Below are positions 1 to 10,207 of a DNA stretch of 52,050 nucleotides, piece by piece. The notes under the pieces are model-generated. The model was not told where the DNA came from. It saw nothing but the letters and a program-made list of their open reading frames with translations, and did not search any database. The stretch comes from an uncultured virus (IMG/VR IMGVR_UViG_3300005611_000005). Its lineage: Duplodnaviria > Heunggongvirae > Uroviricota > Caudoviricetes. Position 1 is the stretch's first letter. Every line of letters begins with the position of its first letter. The stretch lies in IMG/VR virus record IMGVR_UViG_3300005611_000005; one strand, 5' to 3'. Both the position numbers and the translations under genes were made by a program.

Positions 1-405
1 ATTATCGACATTAAAACTTCAACTCGAGGATGGAAAGCGAGGGACAAACAAGATAAAATAAAAACGTCTCAACTAGTTTTGTATAAATCGTATTACGCTA
101 AACAATATGGATATGACGAAGAAAAAATTGACATCTTATATTTCATTGTTAAGCGCAAATTGATTGAAGGATTTATGTATCCACAAAAGCGCGCACAAGA
201 ATTTGTACCCGCTTCAGGAAAGCCGACTCGTAGAAAATTAGTATCTGAAGTTGAAAATTTTGTTAAAACTGTATTTGACGCTGAAGGTAATTATAAGACA
301 GATGCTGTATATCCAGCCGTCGCTAATGCTGGAATGTCTAACTGTAGATATTGTGAGTTTCGAGATCGAGAAGATTTATGCCCAAAAGCCAATAGAATAA
401 AATGA
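1..405 (+). CDS. PD-(D/E)XK nuclease, Cas4/RecB-like exonuclease (5'-truncated by window)
   Basis: Frame 1 is open from base 1: IIDIKTS...QLVLY (DxK and QxxxY motifs), with C-terminal CRYCEF...LCP cysteine cluster. Confidence 0.8.
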   Translation: MIDIKTSTRGWKARDKQDKIKTSQLVLYKSYYAKQYGYDEEKIDILYFIVKRKLIEGFMYPQKRAQEFVPASGKPTRRKLVSEVENFVKTVFDAEGNYKTDAVYPAVANAGMSNCRYCEFRDREDLCPKANRIK

Positions 406-869
406 TAAACAAATACTATATGACAAAAGCTCTTCAAGCTACTGAAGAGCCTGATAAAACTAAAATTGCTATTATAGGTTCTAGAACTTATGAAAATAAA
501 AAGAAAATACGAGATATGATTTTCAGACTTAAACAAACGTTTGGAGATGAATTGGAAATTGTATCTGGCGGTTCGCCACATGGTGCTGATAGATATGCAA
601 GGAAATTTGCTATCGAAATGGGCGTTAAATATAAAGAATTTAATCCAGCTCATACAGTTAAAAATTTATATTCAGCAATGCCTGACAGCTACTATTCTAA
701 AACGTATCACGTTTCTCAATTGTTTCATAGGAATGAATTAATTGCAAAGTATTGTGATAAAATGGTTGCATTTCGAAGCGAAGGTAAGTCTTCAGGTACA
801 GATCACGCTATCAAAATGGCAACAAAACATAATAAACCCGTTGTAATTGTTAATGAAAAAGCTCTCTAA
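402..869 (+). CDS. SLOG/YspA-like (DUF2493-like) nucleotide-binding protein
   Basis: IAIIGSR, IVSGG..GAD, RNELIA...D...AF...S.GT motifs. Confidence 0.75.
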   Translation: MINKYYMTKALQATEEPDKTKIAIIGSRTYENKKKIRDMIFRLKQTFGDELEIVSGGSPHGADRYARKFAIEMGVKYKEFNPAHTVKNLYSAMPDSYYSKTYHVSQLFHRNELIAKYCDKMVAFRSEGKSSGTDHAIKMATKHNKPVVIVNEKAL

Positions 870-1047
870 ATATCGTCGATATTTTTTATATCACGCCAAG
901 TGGCAAGCATCTATCATCATATCATGGCCAGCAATTTGGTTCTTTAAAGATTATCTAGGATGGTCAACATTTACTACATCAGTTGCGTTTCAGTTCATTG
1001 GTGCAGTAATTTTTTGGTATATTGACCAATGGATTTTCAAGAAATAA
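853..1047 (+). CDS. small membrane protein
   Basis: ATG at 853; two hydrophobic segments. Confidence 0.55.
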   Translation: MKKLSKYRRYFLYHAKWQASIIISWPAIWFFKDYLGWSTFTTSVAFQFIGAVIFWYIDQWIFKK

Positions 1048-1093
1048 GAATGGTTTTTGTAATTCTGCCATATTTATATTAAATTAAAAAGTT

Positions 1094-2473
1094 ATGAAGA
1101 AAAAGAAAATTTTATTACTATCCGATGACTTAAGAATGCATTCTGGCATTGCAACTATGTCTCGGGAAATCATTTTAAATACAGTTAAAGAATTTGATTG
1201 GGTACAGTTAGGTGCTGCATTGCAACATCCTGATCATGGCAAGGTATTTGATGTATCTGCTGACGTACGAAAACAGACTGGTGTAGAAGATGCCAATGTT
1301 AAAATTTATGCACATACTGGATATGGTAATCCAGACATTCTTCGTCAATTAATTCAAGCTGAACAGCCTGATGCTATTATGCACTTTACAGATCCTAGGT
1401 TTTGGCTTTGGTTGTATCAAATGGAACATGAAATTCGTCAAATGATGCCTCTTATGTATTATACAATTTGGGACGATACACCATACCCAATGTATAATAA
1501 AACGTTTTACGAATCATGTGACTTATTAATGTGCATTTCAAAACAAACGTATAACATTGTACGAAATGTAATTAAAGATGCTCAGTATAAAGATTGGCAA
1601 ATTTCTTACGTACCTCATGGAATTAATCCTACTCAATTTTATCCAATTACAGAAGACTCTGCAGAGTGGTCAGAGTATTTAAATTTCAAAAACAATTTAA
1701 TTGGAGATAAAGCAGAGTTCGTTATTTTTCATAACAACCGAAATATCAGAAGAAAACATACTTCAGATTTAATTTTGGCCTATAAAAAATTCTGTGATAA
1801 ATTGACTAAAGAGCAAGCTGACAAATGCATGTTGCTATTACATACAGATCCTATAGATGAAAATGGTACAAACTTACCAGCAGTAATTACTGCACTTTGC
1901 CCTGATTATCGAGTTAGTTTTACTAACAAACGAATGTTAACGACTAAAGAGCTTAATTACTTATACAACCTATCTGATGTAACAGCTAATATAGCTTCCA
2001 ATGAAGGATTTGGATTATCAACAGCAGAATCGCTAATGGCAGGTACACCAATTATAGTTAATGTAACGGGTGGATTGCAAGATCAATGTGGCTTTACAAA
2101 GGATACCGGTGAATATTTAACAGAGCATGATTATACAGATAATATGCAAACAAATGCCGATCGATATTTTAAAGAACATGGGTCATGGTGCACTCCTGTA
2201 TTTCCGGCCGTTAGAACGCTGCAAGGCTCTGTTCCTACACCGTACATATTCGATGATATCGTTGATTATAATGAAGTTGCGGACGCAATTCATCAATGGT
2301 ATTTGTTAAGTAAAGAAGAAATTAAGCTTCGCGGTAAATTAGGTAGAGAGTTTCTAATGTTGACTGAGACAGGATTGTCAGCACCGGAAATGGGCAATAG
2401 ATTTATTGCTAGTATGAATAATTGTTTTGAAAATTGGACACCCCGTAATAGATTCGAATTACATAAAATTTAA
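1094..2473 (+). CDS. glycosyltransferase family 4 (GT-B)
   Basis: VPHGI, NRNIRRK, NEGFGLSTAE (Ex7E) motif. Confidence 0.9.
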   Translation: MKKKKILLLSDDLRMHSGIATMSREIILNTVKEFDWVQLGAALQHPDHGKVFDVSADVRKQTGVEDANVKIYAHTGYGNPDILRQLIQAEQPDAIMHFTDPRFWLWLYQMEHEIRQMMPLMYYTIWDDTPYPMYNKTFYESCDLLMCISKQTYNIVRNVIKDAQYKDWQISYVPHGINPTQFYPITEDSAEWSEYLNFKNNLIGDKAEFVIFHNNRNIRRKHTSDLILAYKKFCDKLTKEQADKCMLLLHTDPIDENGTNLPAVITALCPDYRVSFTNKRMLTTKELNYLYNLSDVTANIASNEGFGLSTAESLMAGTPIIVNVTGGLQDQCGFTKDTGEYLTEHDYTDNMQTNADRYFKEHGSWCTPVFPAVRTLQGSVPTPYIFDDIVDYNEVADAIHQWYLLSKEEIKLRGKLGREFLMLTETGLSAPEMGNRFIASMNNCFENWTPRNRFELHKI

Positions 2474-2476
2474 GTT

Positions 2477-3817
2477 ATGAACAAACCATTTTTATTATAT
2501 CAAGCTCCAGTAGGTACTCGATCAGGCTATGGAGAACGATCACGAGACTTGCTTCGAGCGTTAATTGCTTTAGATAAATACGATATTAAAGTTATTTCAA
2601 CCAGATGGGGTTCGACTCCTATGAATGCGCTAACTTCAGACGATGAAGATATTTTATCTAGAATGATTGCTTCTCCATTAAATGTGCAACCTGATATTTA
2701 CATGCAAGTTACAGTGCCTAATGAATTTCAGCGCGTTGGAAAGTTTAATATTGGAGTAACTGCAGGAATTGAAACAGATATCTGCGATGCATCTTGGATT
2801 GAAGGTTGCAACAAAATGGATTTAGTTTTAACGTCATCGCAACATTCTAAACGAGTATTTGAATCGACAGTATACGATGCGATCGATCAAAAAACCAATC
2901 AGAAAACAGGACAACTATCTTTACAAAAGCCTGTTGAAGTGCTTTTCGAAGGAGTTGACTTAACTAAATTTAGCAACAAATACAAAGGGTCTGAACATGT
3001 ACGCGACTTAATGATGCAAGTGAAAGAAGACTTTTGCTTTTTGTTTGTAGGTCATTGGCTTCCAGGCTCTTTAGGTGAAGATAGAAAAAATGTCGGAGGA
3101 TTGATTAATACATTTTACGAGGCGTTTAAAGATAAGAAAACTCGTCCTGCACTAATTCTTAAAACTTCTGGAGGTTCAGTATCTGTACACGACTTAGCTG
3201 AAATTAAATCTAAGATTGCTGCTGTTAAAAGAGATTTAGAACGAAAGTACAATACTACCATGCCTAATGTGTATGTAGTTTATGGAGACTTGACTGCTGA
3301 AGAAATGAATGATTTGTATAACCATCCAAAAGTAAAAGCTCATGTCAGCTTTACAAAAGGTGAAGGGTTTGGTCGACCTTTACTCGAAGCTGCACTTACA
3401 TCTAAGCCAGTAATTGCTTCAGGATGGTCTGGTCAATTAGATTTTTTAAATGAGCAAAATTCAATATTGATTGAAGGTCAATTAACTGAAGTTCATTCTT
3501 CGTCTGTATGGAAAGGAGTAATCAATCCTGGGTCTAAATGGTATACAGTTAATTACGGAGCTGGACTAGCTGCTATGAAATTTGTATTTGAAAATTACAA
3601 AGATGTATTGCAACGATATAAGAAAAATTATCACAATCTTAAAACATCTTTTTCACTTGACAATATGCAAATGAAGTTGAATGAAATTTTAGAATCTAGA
3701 ATTCCAGAGTTTCCGAAACATGTACAATTACAATTACCTAAATTGAAAAAGGTATCTGATGCAGACCCAATAACAGAAATTCCTAAAATACAATTACCAA
3801 AACTTAAAAAATTATGA
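2477..3817 (+). CDS. glycosyltransferase family 4 (GT-B)
   Basis: SGYG near N-terminus, RKN, GEGFGRPLLEA motif. Confidence 0.9.
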   Translation: MNKPFLLYQAPVGTRSGYGERSRDLLRALIALDKYDIKVISTRWGSTPMNALTSDDEDILSRMIASPLNVQPDIYMQVTVPNEFQRVGKFNIGVTAGIETDICDASWIEGCNKMDLVLTSSQHSKRVFESTVYDAIDQKTNQKTGQLSLQKPVEVLFEGVDLTKFSNKYKGSEHVRDLMMQVKEDFCFLFVGHWLPGSLGEDRKNVGGLINTFYEAFKDKKTRPALILKTSGGSVSVHDLAEIKSKIAAVKRDLERKYNTTMPNVYVVYGDLTAEEMNDLYNHPKVKAHVSFTKGEGFGRPLLEAALTSKPVIASGWSGQLDFLNEQNSILIEGQLTEVHSSSVWKGVINPGSKWYTVNYGAGLAAMKFVFENYKDVLQRYKKNYHNLKTSFSLDNMQMKLNEILESRIPEFPKHVQLQLPKLKKVSDADPITEIPKIQLPKLKKL

Positions 3818-4161
3818 CAGTAAATGAATTTAAAATGTGGTTTCGTGGATTTACGGATGCCATTGAATTAGATTTATCTAGTGGATATGATTCATCTGAT
3901 TTAGAAGACATATTCGAGGCAATTTTTAAAAAATTAGACACAGTAGTACCTGATGCTGCTCCTAATCAGTTTCCAATAGGGGAAGGTGTACCACCTTCAA
4001 CTCCTAATCAGTTTCCAATCCCACAAGACCCTTTACGTTATCCAAGTTCACCTTCAATACCTGGGTATATACCTAATATCTATTTTACAAATAATTGCGA
4101 TAGATTAGCTCCATGGCCTAATAGTAATTCGACAATTGAAGATAGGGGAATAACAAAATAA
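3814..4161 (+). CDS. hypothetical protein, Pro-rich C-terminus
   Basis: ATGA overlap with upstream gene; internal 19-nt direct repeat (3959-3977, 4001-4019) encoding PNQFPI twice. Confidence 0.6.
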   Translation: MTVNEFKMWFRGFTDAIELDLSSGYDSSDLEDIFEAIFKKLDTVVPDAAPNQFPIGEGVPPSTPNQFPIPQDPLRYPSSPSIPGYIPNIYFTNNCDRLAPWPNSNSTIEDRGITK

Positions 4162-4166
4162 TAAAA

Positions 4167-4799
4167 ATGAAAAATAATCTTACATACGCTATTACAGTTT
4201 GTAATGAGGAAGTGGAGTTACAAAAACTAATAACTTTTCTCTTGAAAAATAAGAGGCCTGACGATTCTATTGTCGTATTGTATGATAAAAAGAATGGAAG
4301 TAAGGGTGTCGAAGAGTATTTGAGATCGCATTCTATTAATGGCGAATTTAATTGGCATGCAAAAGAATTTAATAATCACTTTGCTGATTGGAAAAACAAA
4401 CTAACTGATTTATGTAACACCGACTACATTTTCCAAATCGACGCTGACGAGCTTCCTCATGAAGACCTAATCGAAATGTTACCACATATTATAGATCAAG
4501 ATCCAGATGTAGTACTTATCCCTAGGCACAATATTGTCAATGGGATTACTCCAGAACATATCCAGAAGTGGGGATGGAAACAAGATGAGTTAGGAAGGAT
4601 TAATTGGCCTGATTTACAATGGAGATTGTACAGAAAGGACAAGCGCATTCAGTGGGTGAATAAGGTACACGAAAGGCTCGAAGGGCACAGAACAATATCA
4701 GCATTGCCCGGTAATTATAGTTTAGGAAAGTTGTTTTTATATCATATTAAAGATATCAATAAACAAGAAAAGCAAAACCAATATTACGATACGCTATAA
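4167..4799 (+). CDS. glycosyltransferase family 2
   Basis: AITVCNE, IFQIDADE, WPD.Q.R, VHE motifs. Confidence 0.85.
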   Translation: MKNNLTYAITVCNEEVELQKLITFLLKNKRPDDSIVVLYDKKNGSKGVEEYLRSHSINGEFNWHAKEFNNHFADWKNKLTDLCNTDYIFQIDADELPHEDLIEMLPHIIDQDPDVVLIPRHNIVNGITPEHIQKWGWKQDELGRINWPDLQWRLYRKDKRIQWVNKVHERLEGHRTISALPGNYSLGKLFLYHIKDINKQEKQNQYYDTL

Positions 4800-5638
4800 T
4801 GCAATTTTGGAGAACATATAATAACAAAGTAGTTTCTATAGGCAACGTTGATAGTTTAGGATTTCCATTAAATGATCCGTCTTATATTCCTGACGAATAT
4901 TTAGAAACACAAAGCTTTGTAGTTCTAAGGACCTGTTTTGGTGTAGGCGACTGGGGTATTATATCTGCATTTCCTCGTAAATTAAAAGAAAAATATCCAA
5001 CCTGTAAAGTATGGATTCCGTCACCTAAATTGCTAAGAGAACTGTTTGGTCATTTAGAACAAAATTGGAGTTCATGGAATGACCCATTTCAAGTAGTACA
5101 TACAATCTTTAATAACAACCCGTACATTGACGGATATATAGATTCGTTCGAAGGTGAAGTATTTAATGATCATTATAGAATTACTGACGGTAGCGATACG
5201 CCATTAATGGAAGAAATTCTTAGATTCTGGCAATTTGATAATTTTGATGATATTGAACCAGAATTATATTTTTCTGAAAAGGAAATTGAACTTGGTAATC
5301 AAATCATAAAAGAACATTGTGATGGAGAATTTGGTACATTACTAATATCAAATAGATATACTGGCGAAGGTGTAGATATGATTCAGAGTAAGTTAGATGA
5401 ATACAACTTACCTATGTTTTATTGGACATTTGAAAAGGATAGTAAATTTAATTTCGTTAAAGCGTTAGATATGAGGCATATCGATACGCGCATTCAATTG
5501 TATATTAAAACAAAGGCAAAGTTTAATATAGGTAACCAAACTGGGATGAATGACACTATCGCAAATTACGCTCCGACATTCACTGTTCCAAGAGGTAAGT
5601 TAGGATCTAATTATATTAGAAGCGAAAAGTATATATGA
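4799..5638 (+). CDS. putative glycosyltransferase (GT9/heptosyltransferase-like)
   Basis: GVGD...P..LK..YP and NNPYID motifs; cluster context. Confidence 0.55.
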   Translation: MQFWRTYNNKVVSIGNVDSLGFPLNDPSYIPDEYLETQSFVVLRTCFGVGDWGIISAFPRKLKEKYPTCKVWIPSPKLLRELFGHLEQNWSSWNDPFQVVHTIFNNNPYIDGYIDSFEGEVFNDHYRITDGSDTPLMEEILRFWQFDNFDDIEPELYFSEKEIELGNQIIKEHCDGEFGTLLISNRYTGEGVDMIQSKLDEYNLPMFYWTFEKDSKFNFVKALDMRHIDTRIQLYIKTKAKFNIGNQTGMNDTIANYAPTFTVPRGKLGSNYIRSEKYI

Positions 5639-6315
5639 AAATAGCAGTATATACTTCAATATTTGGTGGATATGACGAACTTCATGAAACCCAATTTCAA
5701 ATGGAAGGAGTTGACTATATTTGCTTTACTGATTCTGATATAGAATCTCAAACTTGGAACATTGTAAAATCGACACCCATATATAACGATCCAAACCGAA
5801 ATGCAAAGAAATATAAGATATTACCGCATCGATATTTAAAAGATTATGAATATTCAGTATGGATTGATGGTAACATTTTAGTAATTAATGATATTCGAGA
5901 TTTAGTAACTCAACATAATTATCAAGTATTCGACCATAACCAAACTCAATTAGACCCAAGAAATTGTATATATGACGAATATAATGCTATTATTGAGTTA
6001 GGTAAACGAAATAACGGAAATTTTAAAGATAGCCCACAATTAATGTATAATCAAGTAAAGCGATATATAGATGAAGGATATCCAAAAAATAATGGACTAG
6101 CGACAAACCCAATAATTCTAAGAAACCATAATGATTCTAATGTAATCAAATTGATGGAAGATTGGTGGACTGAAATAAAATATAACTCTCGTAGAGATCA
6201 ATTAAGTTTTAACTACTGTGCTTGGAAAAATCAATTTAATTTCATATATTTAAATGGAGATAGCAGAAAAAATAAATACTTTCTGCAAACAGGTAAACAT
6301 AAAGGCAAGAAATGA
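5635..6315 (+). CDS. DUF616 (TOD1/MUCI70-like) glycosyltransferase
   Basis: VYTSIFGGYD, ICFTD, KILPH, WIDG, RDQLSFNY motifs. Confidence 0.85.
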   Translation: MKIAVYTSIFGGYDELHETQFQMEGVDYICFTDSDIESQTWNIVKSTPIYNDPNRNAKKYKILPHRYLKDYEYSVWIDGNILVINDIRDLVTQHNYQVFDHNQTQLDPRNCIYDEYNAIIELGKRNNGNFKDSPQLMYNQVKRYIDEGYPKNNGLATNPIILRNHNDSNVIKLMEDWWTEIKYNSRRDQLSFNYCAWKNQFNFIYLNGDSRKNKYFLQTGKHKGKK

Positions 6316-6926
6316 AACTATACAATTACAATAGTTATGAAGAGTATGTTGCTGCTCAAATCGAAGGCAATGTTAGAAAGCTTGCCAATTCATATGTAGA
6401 CCCAGTATCGTTGAGCGGACTAGTCGGTCATTTATATGAAGAATATAATCTAAAACCATCTACTATTATCTGTCATGGTACTCGTCGAGGTTTAGAACAG
6501 CAATACTTTTTAGATATTTATTCTAAACTAGATGTATCTCCAAATGTAATTGGAACTGAAATTAGTCATACAGCAAATCAATTTCCAAATACCATTCAAT
6601 GGGATTTTCATAACGTAAAGCCAGAATGGATAAATGCAATTGATTTAATATATTCTAATTCATTTGATCATTCTTACAAACCTACTGAATGTTTAAGATC
6701 TTGGATGTCATGTTTATCAGATAATGGAATTTGTGTTTTAGAATATAGCGAAGTATGTGACACTAAATCAGGAATAACTGATCCGTTCGGAGCTTCTCTT
6801 GAAGAATATAAAGAATTTATATCAAAAGACTATAACATTCTTGAAATTCTTAATAACAGTGGACTTGAAGATTTAGGAGAAAGTTATAAAGGAGTACGTT
6901 ACTATATTCTAATATCAAGAAAATAA
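6312..6926 (+). CDS. putative class I SAM-dependent methyltransferase
   Basis: ICHGTRRG.E, GTEIS, DFH, DLIYSNSFDH. Confidence 0.65.
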   Translation: MKLYNYNSYEEYVAAQIEGNVRKLANSYVDPVSLSGLVGHLYEEYNLKPSTIICHGTRRGLEQQYFLDIYSKLDVSPNVIGTEISHTANQFPNTIQWDFHNVKPEWINAIDLIYSNSFDHSYKPTECLRSWMSCLSDNGICVLEYSEVCDTKSGITDPFGASLEEYKEFISKDYNILEILNNSGLEDLGESYKGVRYYILISRK

Positions 6927-6927
6927 G

Positions 6928-7470
6928 ATGAAAAAATGTATACTTGTCGGTAATGGTAAATTTGATAAAGAATTTGGGTCTATTATAGATTCGTATGAGG
7001 ATGTATATAGATTTAATAGATTTGTAACTAATGGATTTGAAAAAATAGTTGGCAGCAAATGTACACATTGGATACTTAACAGAGCAATAATTGACAGCCG
7101 AGATTTTTTTAATAAAAATATATCAAAGCATTCTAAAAAGTATCCAGATTTAAAAGAAAGTTGGGTCGTAACTCAGTCAAGTTTAAGTAATGATAGATTA
7201 AAATCTATTAAGAAAAAATACAACATATTTAATTATCATGTATCAAAATTTACTATTAACAACGCTAAATTATCTACTGGTGTTTTAACTATAAATTTTA
7301 TTCTTGATAAATATGATGAAATTCACCTAGTTGGATTTGATTTTGGTAAAACCGATCACTATTGGGGAGTTGAATCAGACTCAGATAAACCAGGAAAGCA
7401 CGATTGGAAATCTGAAAAAAAATATGTTGAATATTTAATTAAAATTGGTAAAGTAAAAATAATAGTATAA
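6928..7470 (+). CDS. GT29-type sialyltransferase-like protein
   Basis: Sialylmotif L (CILVGNG...G..ID....V.R.N...VGSK), S (STG...GF), III (HYW), VS (HDWKSE). Confidence 0.75.
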   Translation: MKKCILVGNGKFDKEFGSIIDSYEDVYRFNRFVTNGFEKIVGSKCTHWILNRAIIDSRDFFNKNISKHSKKYPDLKESWVVTQSSLSNDRLKSIKKKYNIFNYHVSKFTINNAKLSTGVLTINFILDKYDEIHLVGFDFGKTDHYWGVESDSDKPGKHDWKSEKKYVEYLIKIGKVKIIV

Positions 7471-7471
7471 T

Positions 7472-8170
7472 ATGAATTTAGAAAAACTTAAATTAGCATC
7501 AAAAGAAAAGTATGGAAGTCAATTTGGCGAAACTGGAGTTATTGATTCGATTTTTAATCAATTAGAAGTTATTCCAAAGTTTTGTGTCGAGTTTGGTTCA
7601 GGTCAGGTACGAAAAGGCAGTGGGACTGCAAATATCAGACACTTTCATGATAAATATAATACAGAATGTTTGTATTTTGAAGTAAACCCTGGTAAAATAA
7701 CGCTTAGTGATGAAAAGTATAGACATCAAATTAAAATTGAAACTATTACCGCAAGTAATGTAAATGATATTTTTAACAAATACAATGTACCTTCTAATTT
7801 AGATGTAGTAGTAATTGACGTCGACGGTCAAGATTATTGGATTTGGAAAAATTTAGAATACAATCCAAATATTGTATTAATTGAATTTAATCCAACTCTT
7901 CCGTATACCGAAAGTAAGGTTATGCATTACGACGAAAATCATTGGTCTTGGAGAAATTCTAAATGTTTATATTATGGGGCTTCTATTACAGCTATGAAAA
8001 AGTTAGGTGAAGAAAAAGGATATTCTCTTGTTTATAAAACTGAAAGAAATTTGATTTTTGTAAAAAAAGATTTAGTAGATGTTGATATTCCATTAGAAAT
8101 TCTACACCCAACGCCTTTAGCAGATTTTAGAAATAAATACATAAATAAGCAACAATGGGTAAACGTATAG
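7472..8170 (+). CDS. FkbM/Methyltransf_21-like methyltransferase
   Basis: SQFGE.G, VEFG, IDVDGQDYWIW, IEFN, GAS motifs. Confidence 0.75.
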   Translation: MNLEKLKLASKEKYGSQFGETGVIDSIFNQLEVIPKFCVEFGSGQVRKGSGTANIRHFHDKYNTECLYFEVNPGKITLSDEKYRHQIKIETITASNVNDIFNKYNVPSNLDVVVIDVDGQDYWIWKNLEYNPNIVLIEFNPTLPYTESKVMHYDENHWSWRNSKCLYYGASITAMKKLGEEKGYSLVYKTERNLIFVKKDLVDVDIPLEILHPTPLADFRNKYINKQQWVNV

Positions 8171-9078
8171 CCGTAATTACTCCCATCAAGCATCTTGATG
8201 GTGTACAGGAACTATTACAAACGAAAGGTGAAGTTTTTATGCTGGAAGAAGGTGATAAAAATGAAGTCAAGGAACTTATTGTAAAAGAAAATATTGATAC
8301 TATATTTTGTAATCCAAATCAACAAACTTATAAGATTGATAAAGAATTATTAGAAGGTACTAATGTAACTCTTATTAATACTTGTTCAACTGGCATGAAT
8401 CACATCGATGTTGAATATTGCAAATCATTAGGTATACAAATATATTCTCTTACTAATGATTATGAACTTATTAACGAATTACCGTCGACTTCTGAACTTG
8501 CGTTTGGATTACTTCTTGATTTGATGAGAAACATTACAGCATCAAACAATGTAACCAAACTAAATAAAACTTGGAACTACCTGCCATTCGTAGGTCAGCA
8601 AATGAAAGATTTTAAAGTAGGTATTGTTGGGTATGGTAGATTGGGTAAGATGATGGCTAAGTTTTGTAGAGCGTTTAATGCCGAAGTTTACATTTATGAC
8701 CCATACTCAGTCGAATCCAATGTTGAAACATTAGAAGAGTTATTTAATATATGTGACGCAGTATCGCTTCATGTACACGTTTCAGACAGAACAAAATATA
8801 TGATTGACTACGATTTACTTTCTCGTAATGTAAAGTTCTTGGTGAATACTTCTCGTGGTGAAATCGTAAAAGAGTCGGATGTAATCACAGCACTCAAAGA
8901 AGGTAAACTTTGGGGATATGGTGCGGATGTGATTGAGGATGAGTTTGGAGATATTTCAAAATCTCCGTTTTTTAATTTAGAAAATTCAAAATTAAATTGT
9001 ATATTTACGCCTCATATAGGCGGTATGACTATACAAGGACAAACAAAAGCATATAAATGGGCAGTAAATAAATTATGA
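8155..9078 (+). CDS. D-isomer-specific 2-hydroxyacid dehydrogenase (SerA-like)
   Basis: GIVGYGRLG, NTSRG, DV..DE, TPHIGG. Confidence 0.9.
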   Translation: MGKRIAVITPIKHLDGVQELLQTKGEVFMLEEGDKNEVKELIVKENIDTIFCNPNQQTYKIDKELLEGTNVTLINTCSTGMNHIDVEYCKSLGIQIYSLTNDYELINELPSTSELAFGLLLDLMRNITASNNVTKLNKTWNYLPFVGQQMKDFKVGIVGYGRLGKMMAKFCRAFNAEVYIYDPYSVESNVETLEELFNICDAVSLHVHVSDRTKYMIDYDLLSRNVKFLVNTSRGEIVKESDVITALKEGKLWGYGADVIEDEFGDISKSPFFNLENSKLNCIFTPHIGGMTIQGQTKAYKWAVNKL

Positions 9079-9617
9079 GAGTATTAGTAATAATTCCAGC
9101 AAAGTTGGATTCGAAACGGCTGAAGAACAAAAATATTAGAGAGATTGGCGGTAAACCTATGTTTTTACATTCGGTTGATTATGCAATTGCGAGTAAATAT
9201 AATGTAGATGTTATCGTATCATCTGAAAGTGATATTATTGAAGATATTTGTAAGCAGAATGATGTGGTATTCCACAAAAGACCTATAAATTTATGTGGTG
9301 ACGTTGAAGTAGTAGATGTTTACGAATATGTAGTCAGTCAAATTAATGATGAATATGACCTTGTAGTCGGATTACAGCCTGATAATCCAAATAGAACACA
9401 TACATTAGATGAATGTATTGATTATATGATTGACAATAACTATGATGATTTAGTTACTGTAAATCCATCGTATAAGAGAAGTGGCTCGGTTCGTATATTT
9501 AAATATGAATACCTAAAATCAGGGCAAGTAAGTAAACGATTGGGGTGTATCAAAGATAGCGCTGTTGATATCCATTATAAATCAGATTTAGAAATTACAA
9601 AAAGGGCGTTAAAATGA
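9075..9617 (+). CDS. acylneuraminate (nonulosonate) cytidylyltransferase, NeuA-like
   Basis: IIPAK..SKRL.NKNI, LQP..P.R, DI...D motifs. Confidence 0.85.
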   Translation: MRVLVIIPAKLDSKRLKNKNIREIGGKPMFLHSVDYAIASKYNVDVIVSSESDIIEDICKQNDVVFHKRPINLCGDVEVVDVYEYVVSQINDEYDLVVGLQPDNPNRTHTLDECIDYMIDNNYDDLVTVNPSYKRSGSVRIFKYEYLKSGQVSKRLGCIKDSAVDIHYKSDLEITKRALK

Positions 9618-10207
9618 TAACCATATTAGAAAAACAAAGAATTCGAGATAGAGCAAATATTGAATTAGAACAATTAGGTTCTTTTTGGAAAGAGTCATAT
9701 GACCCTATTATTGTAGATTTGGGCGCAAATGTCGGTCATTACACACTAGCCTTTATTTCAAATTTTCCAAAAAGTAAAATATATTGTTATGAACCGCATC
9801 CATACAATATTAAACATTTTAAAAAGTTTGTAAAATCTGACAATGTTGTTTTGTATGAATATGGATTATACAATGAAACTAAAAAAATAAGCATTGGACT
9901 TCCTGAAAATGCAATAGATAATAATAGGTGTTATAGTATAAAATACACCCACGAATCTATTGAAGTTCAATTAAAAAATGCAAATGATGAGTTAATTAGA
10001 CCACACATTGTAAAAATTGACGTAGAAGGGGCTGAGCCTGAAATTTTAGAATGTTCTGATTTTTTCAAAGATACTAAAATTATACTTATAGAAATGATAT
10101 ACAAAGATGTTATGGGAATAAACCAGATTATTTCAGAACGATTACAGTCTTTAGGATTTACATATAAATTAAATACAACAAAAAATAATCAGCTATGGTT
10201 AAGGTAA
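9614..10207 (+). CDS. FkbM family methyltransferase
   Basis: DLGANVG, YEP, KIDVEGAE. Confidence 0.9.
   Translation: MITILEKQRIRDRANIELEQLGSFWKESYDPIIVDLGANVGHYTLAFISNFPKSKIYCYEPHPYNIKHFKKFVKSDNVVLYEYGLYNETKKISIGLPENAIDNNRCYSIKYTHESIEVQLKNANDELIRPHIVKIDVEGAEPEILECSDFFKDTKIILIEMIYKDVMGINQIISERLQSLGFTYKLNTTKNNQLWLR

Noticed and set aside
1..405. Cas4-like gene as evidence of a CRISPR-Cas system
   Set aside because: No other cas genes or array in the window; solo Cas4/RecB-like nucleases are common in phages
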